A stretch of DNA of 64,000 nucleotides from Nemertoderma westbladi (Eukaryota; Animalia; Xenacoelomorpha): contig JAUCBJ010008224.1 of NCBI GenBank assembly GCA_032718475.1, positions 16,448 through 80,447 of the forward strand, in the 5' to 3' direction. Positions 63,526-64,000 of this stretch are shown one piece after another. The notes beneath the pieces are model-generated. The model was not told the origin of the DNA. It saw only the letters and a list, made by a program, of their open reading frames with translations, and did no database searches. Numbering within the stretch: the first letter of the stretch is position 1; every line of letters begins with the position of its first letter. The position numbers and the translations under genes are program-made.

Positions 63526-64000
63526 TGTATGCTATACCGGGCATAATCCGGGGTCTTTTCCCCTAATTTGGAATCTTATCCAACGGAGCGTTGCAAATAA
63601 CTTGAGTTTATAAAAGGACAGTATAATAATAATCTATAATAATATATAACTTGCAACAGCTCGTGAATTTAATGGCTCCTTAGGGGAGACCATTAGTTTT
63701 AGTAACAAAGTATTATAACTGCACAACTTCTATCTATGAATAAAACCAATGAATGTTTAATATATATGAAGTATTATGCTACCAATATTAGCCCAGTAAA
63801 AATACTTAATCCCCAATATCCAATAGGAAGTCGTTTCCTTGTCCCCAGCTTACATTACATTAATGGTTGATGCACCAGTACTGCCTGGTATAAGGGGATA
63901 ATTGGTGTTTCAAAACAGCTGATGAGTAGGTAACAATACAGCTTGGATTTGGCATTTTCCTATAGGGGTTAGATGAACTGAATGTATTTCATGGAACCGA
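63526..64000 (-). repeat. 5' LTR (cut by the window end, ~5 bp missing)
   Basis: Direct repeat of 52021-52495. Confidence 0.93.

Larger units (their letters stand above)
52021..64000 (-). mobile_element. Full-length BEL/Pao LTR retrotransposon (~12 kb), apparently intact
   Basis: Direct LTRs begin at 52021 and 63526. The single gag-pol ORF has BEL/Pao domain order and motifs, and a PPT is adjacent to the 3' LTR. Confidence 0.96.

Overview
Eukaryotic (probably invertebrate animal) repeat-rich genomic DNA in three parts. (1) 1-19.1 kb is a nest of transposable elements: the 3' part of a P-superfamily transposase with a candidate right end at ~1815, a decayed and internally deleted Ty3/Gypsy element, a 1-kb fold-back MITE, a G-rich minisatellite, a Mutator-like element (9-bp TSD) carrying a CR1-like LINE fragment, a THAP-bearing non-autonomous P derivative (8-bp TSD) and small MITEs. 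A candidate two-exon host gene lies at 14178-18454. (2) 19.1-52.0 kb is a ~33-kb head-to-tail satellite of 43-bp and 47-bp monomers with local higher-order repeats; the ORFs called there are artefacts. (3) 52021-64000 is an apparently intact, young BEL/Pao LTR retrotransposon on the minus strand, with a single 2891-aa ORF and ~480-bp LTRs that look identical, abutting the satellite. The main unexpected observation is that this element has no tRNA-type primer-binding site. The 13 nt next to its 5' LTR are instead exactly complementary to a segment inside its own LTR, the geometry of Tf1-type self-priming, which I know only from Ty3/Gypsy lineages. All calls were made by eye, without alignments or database searches.
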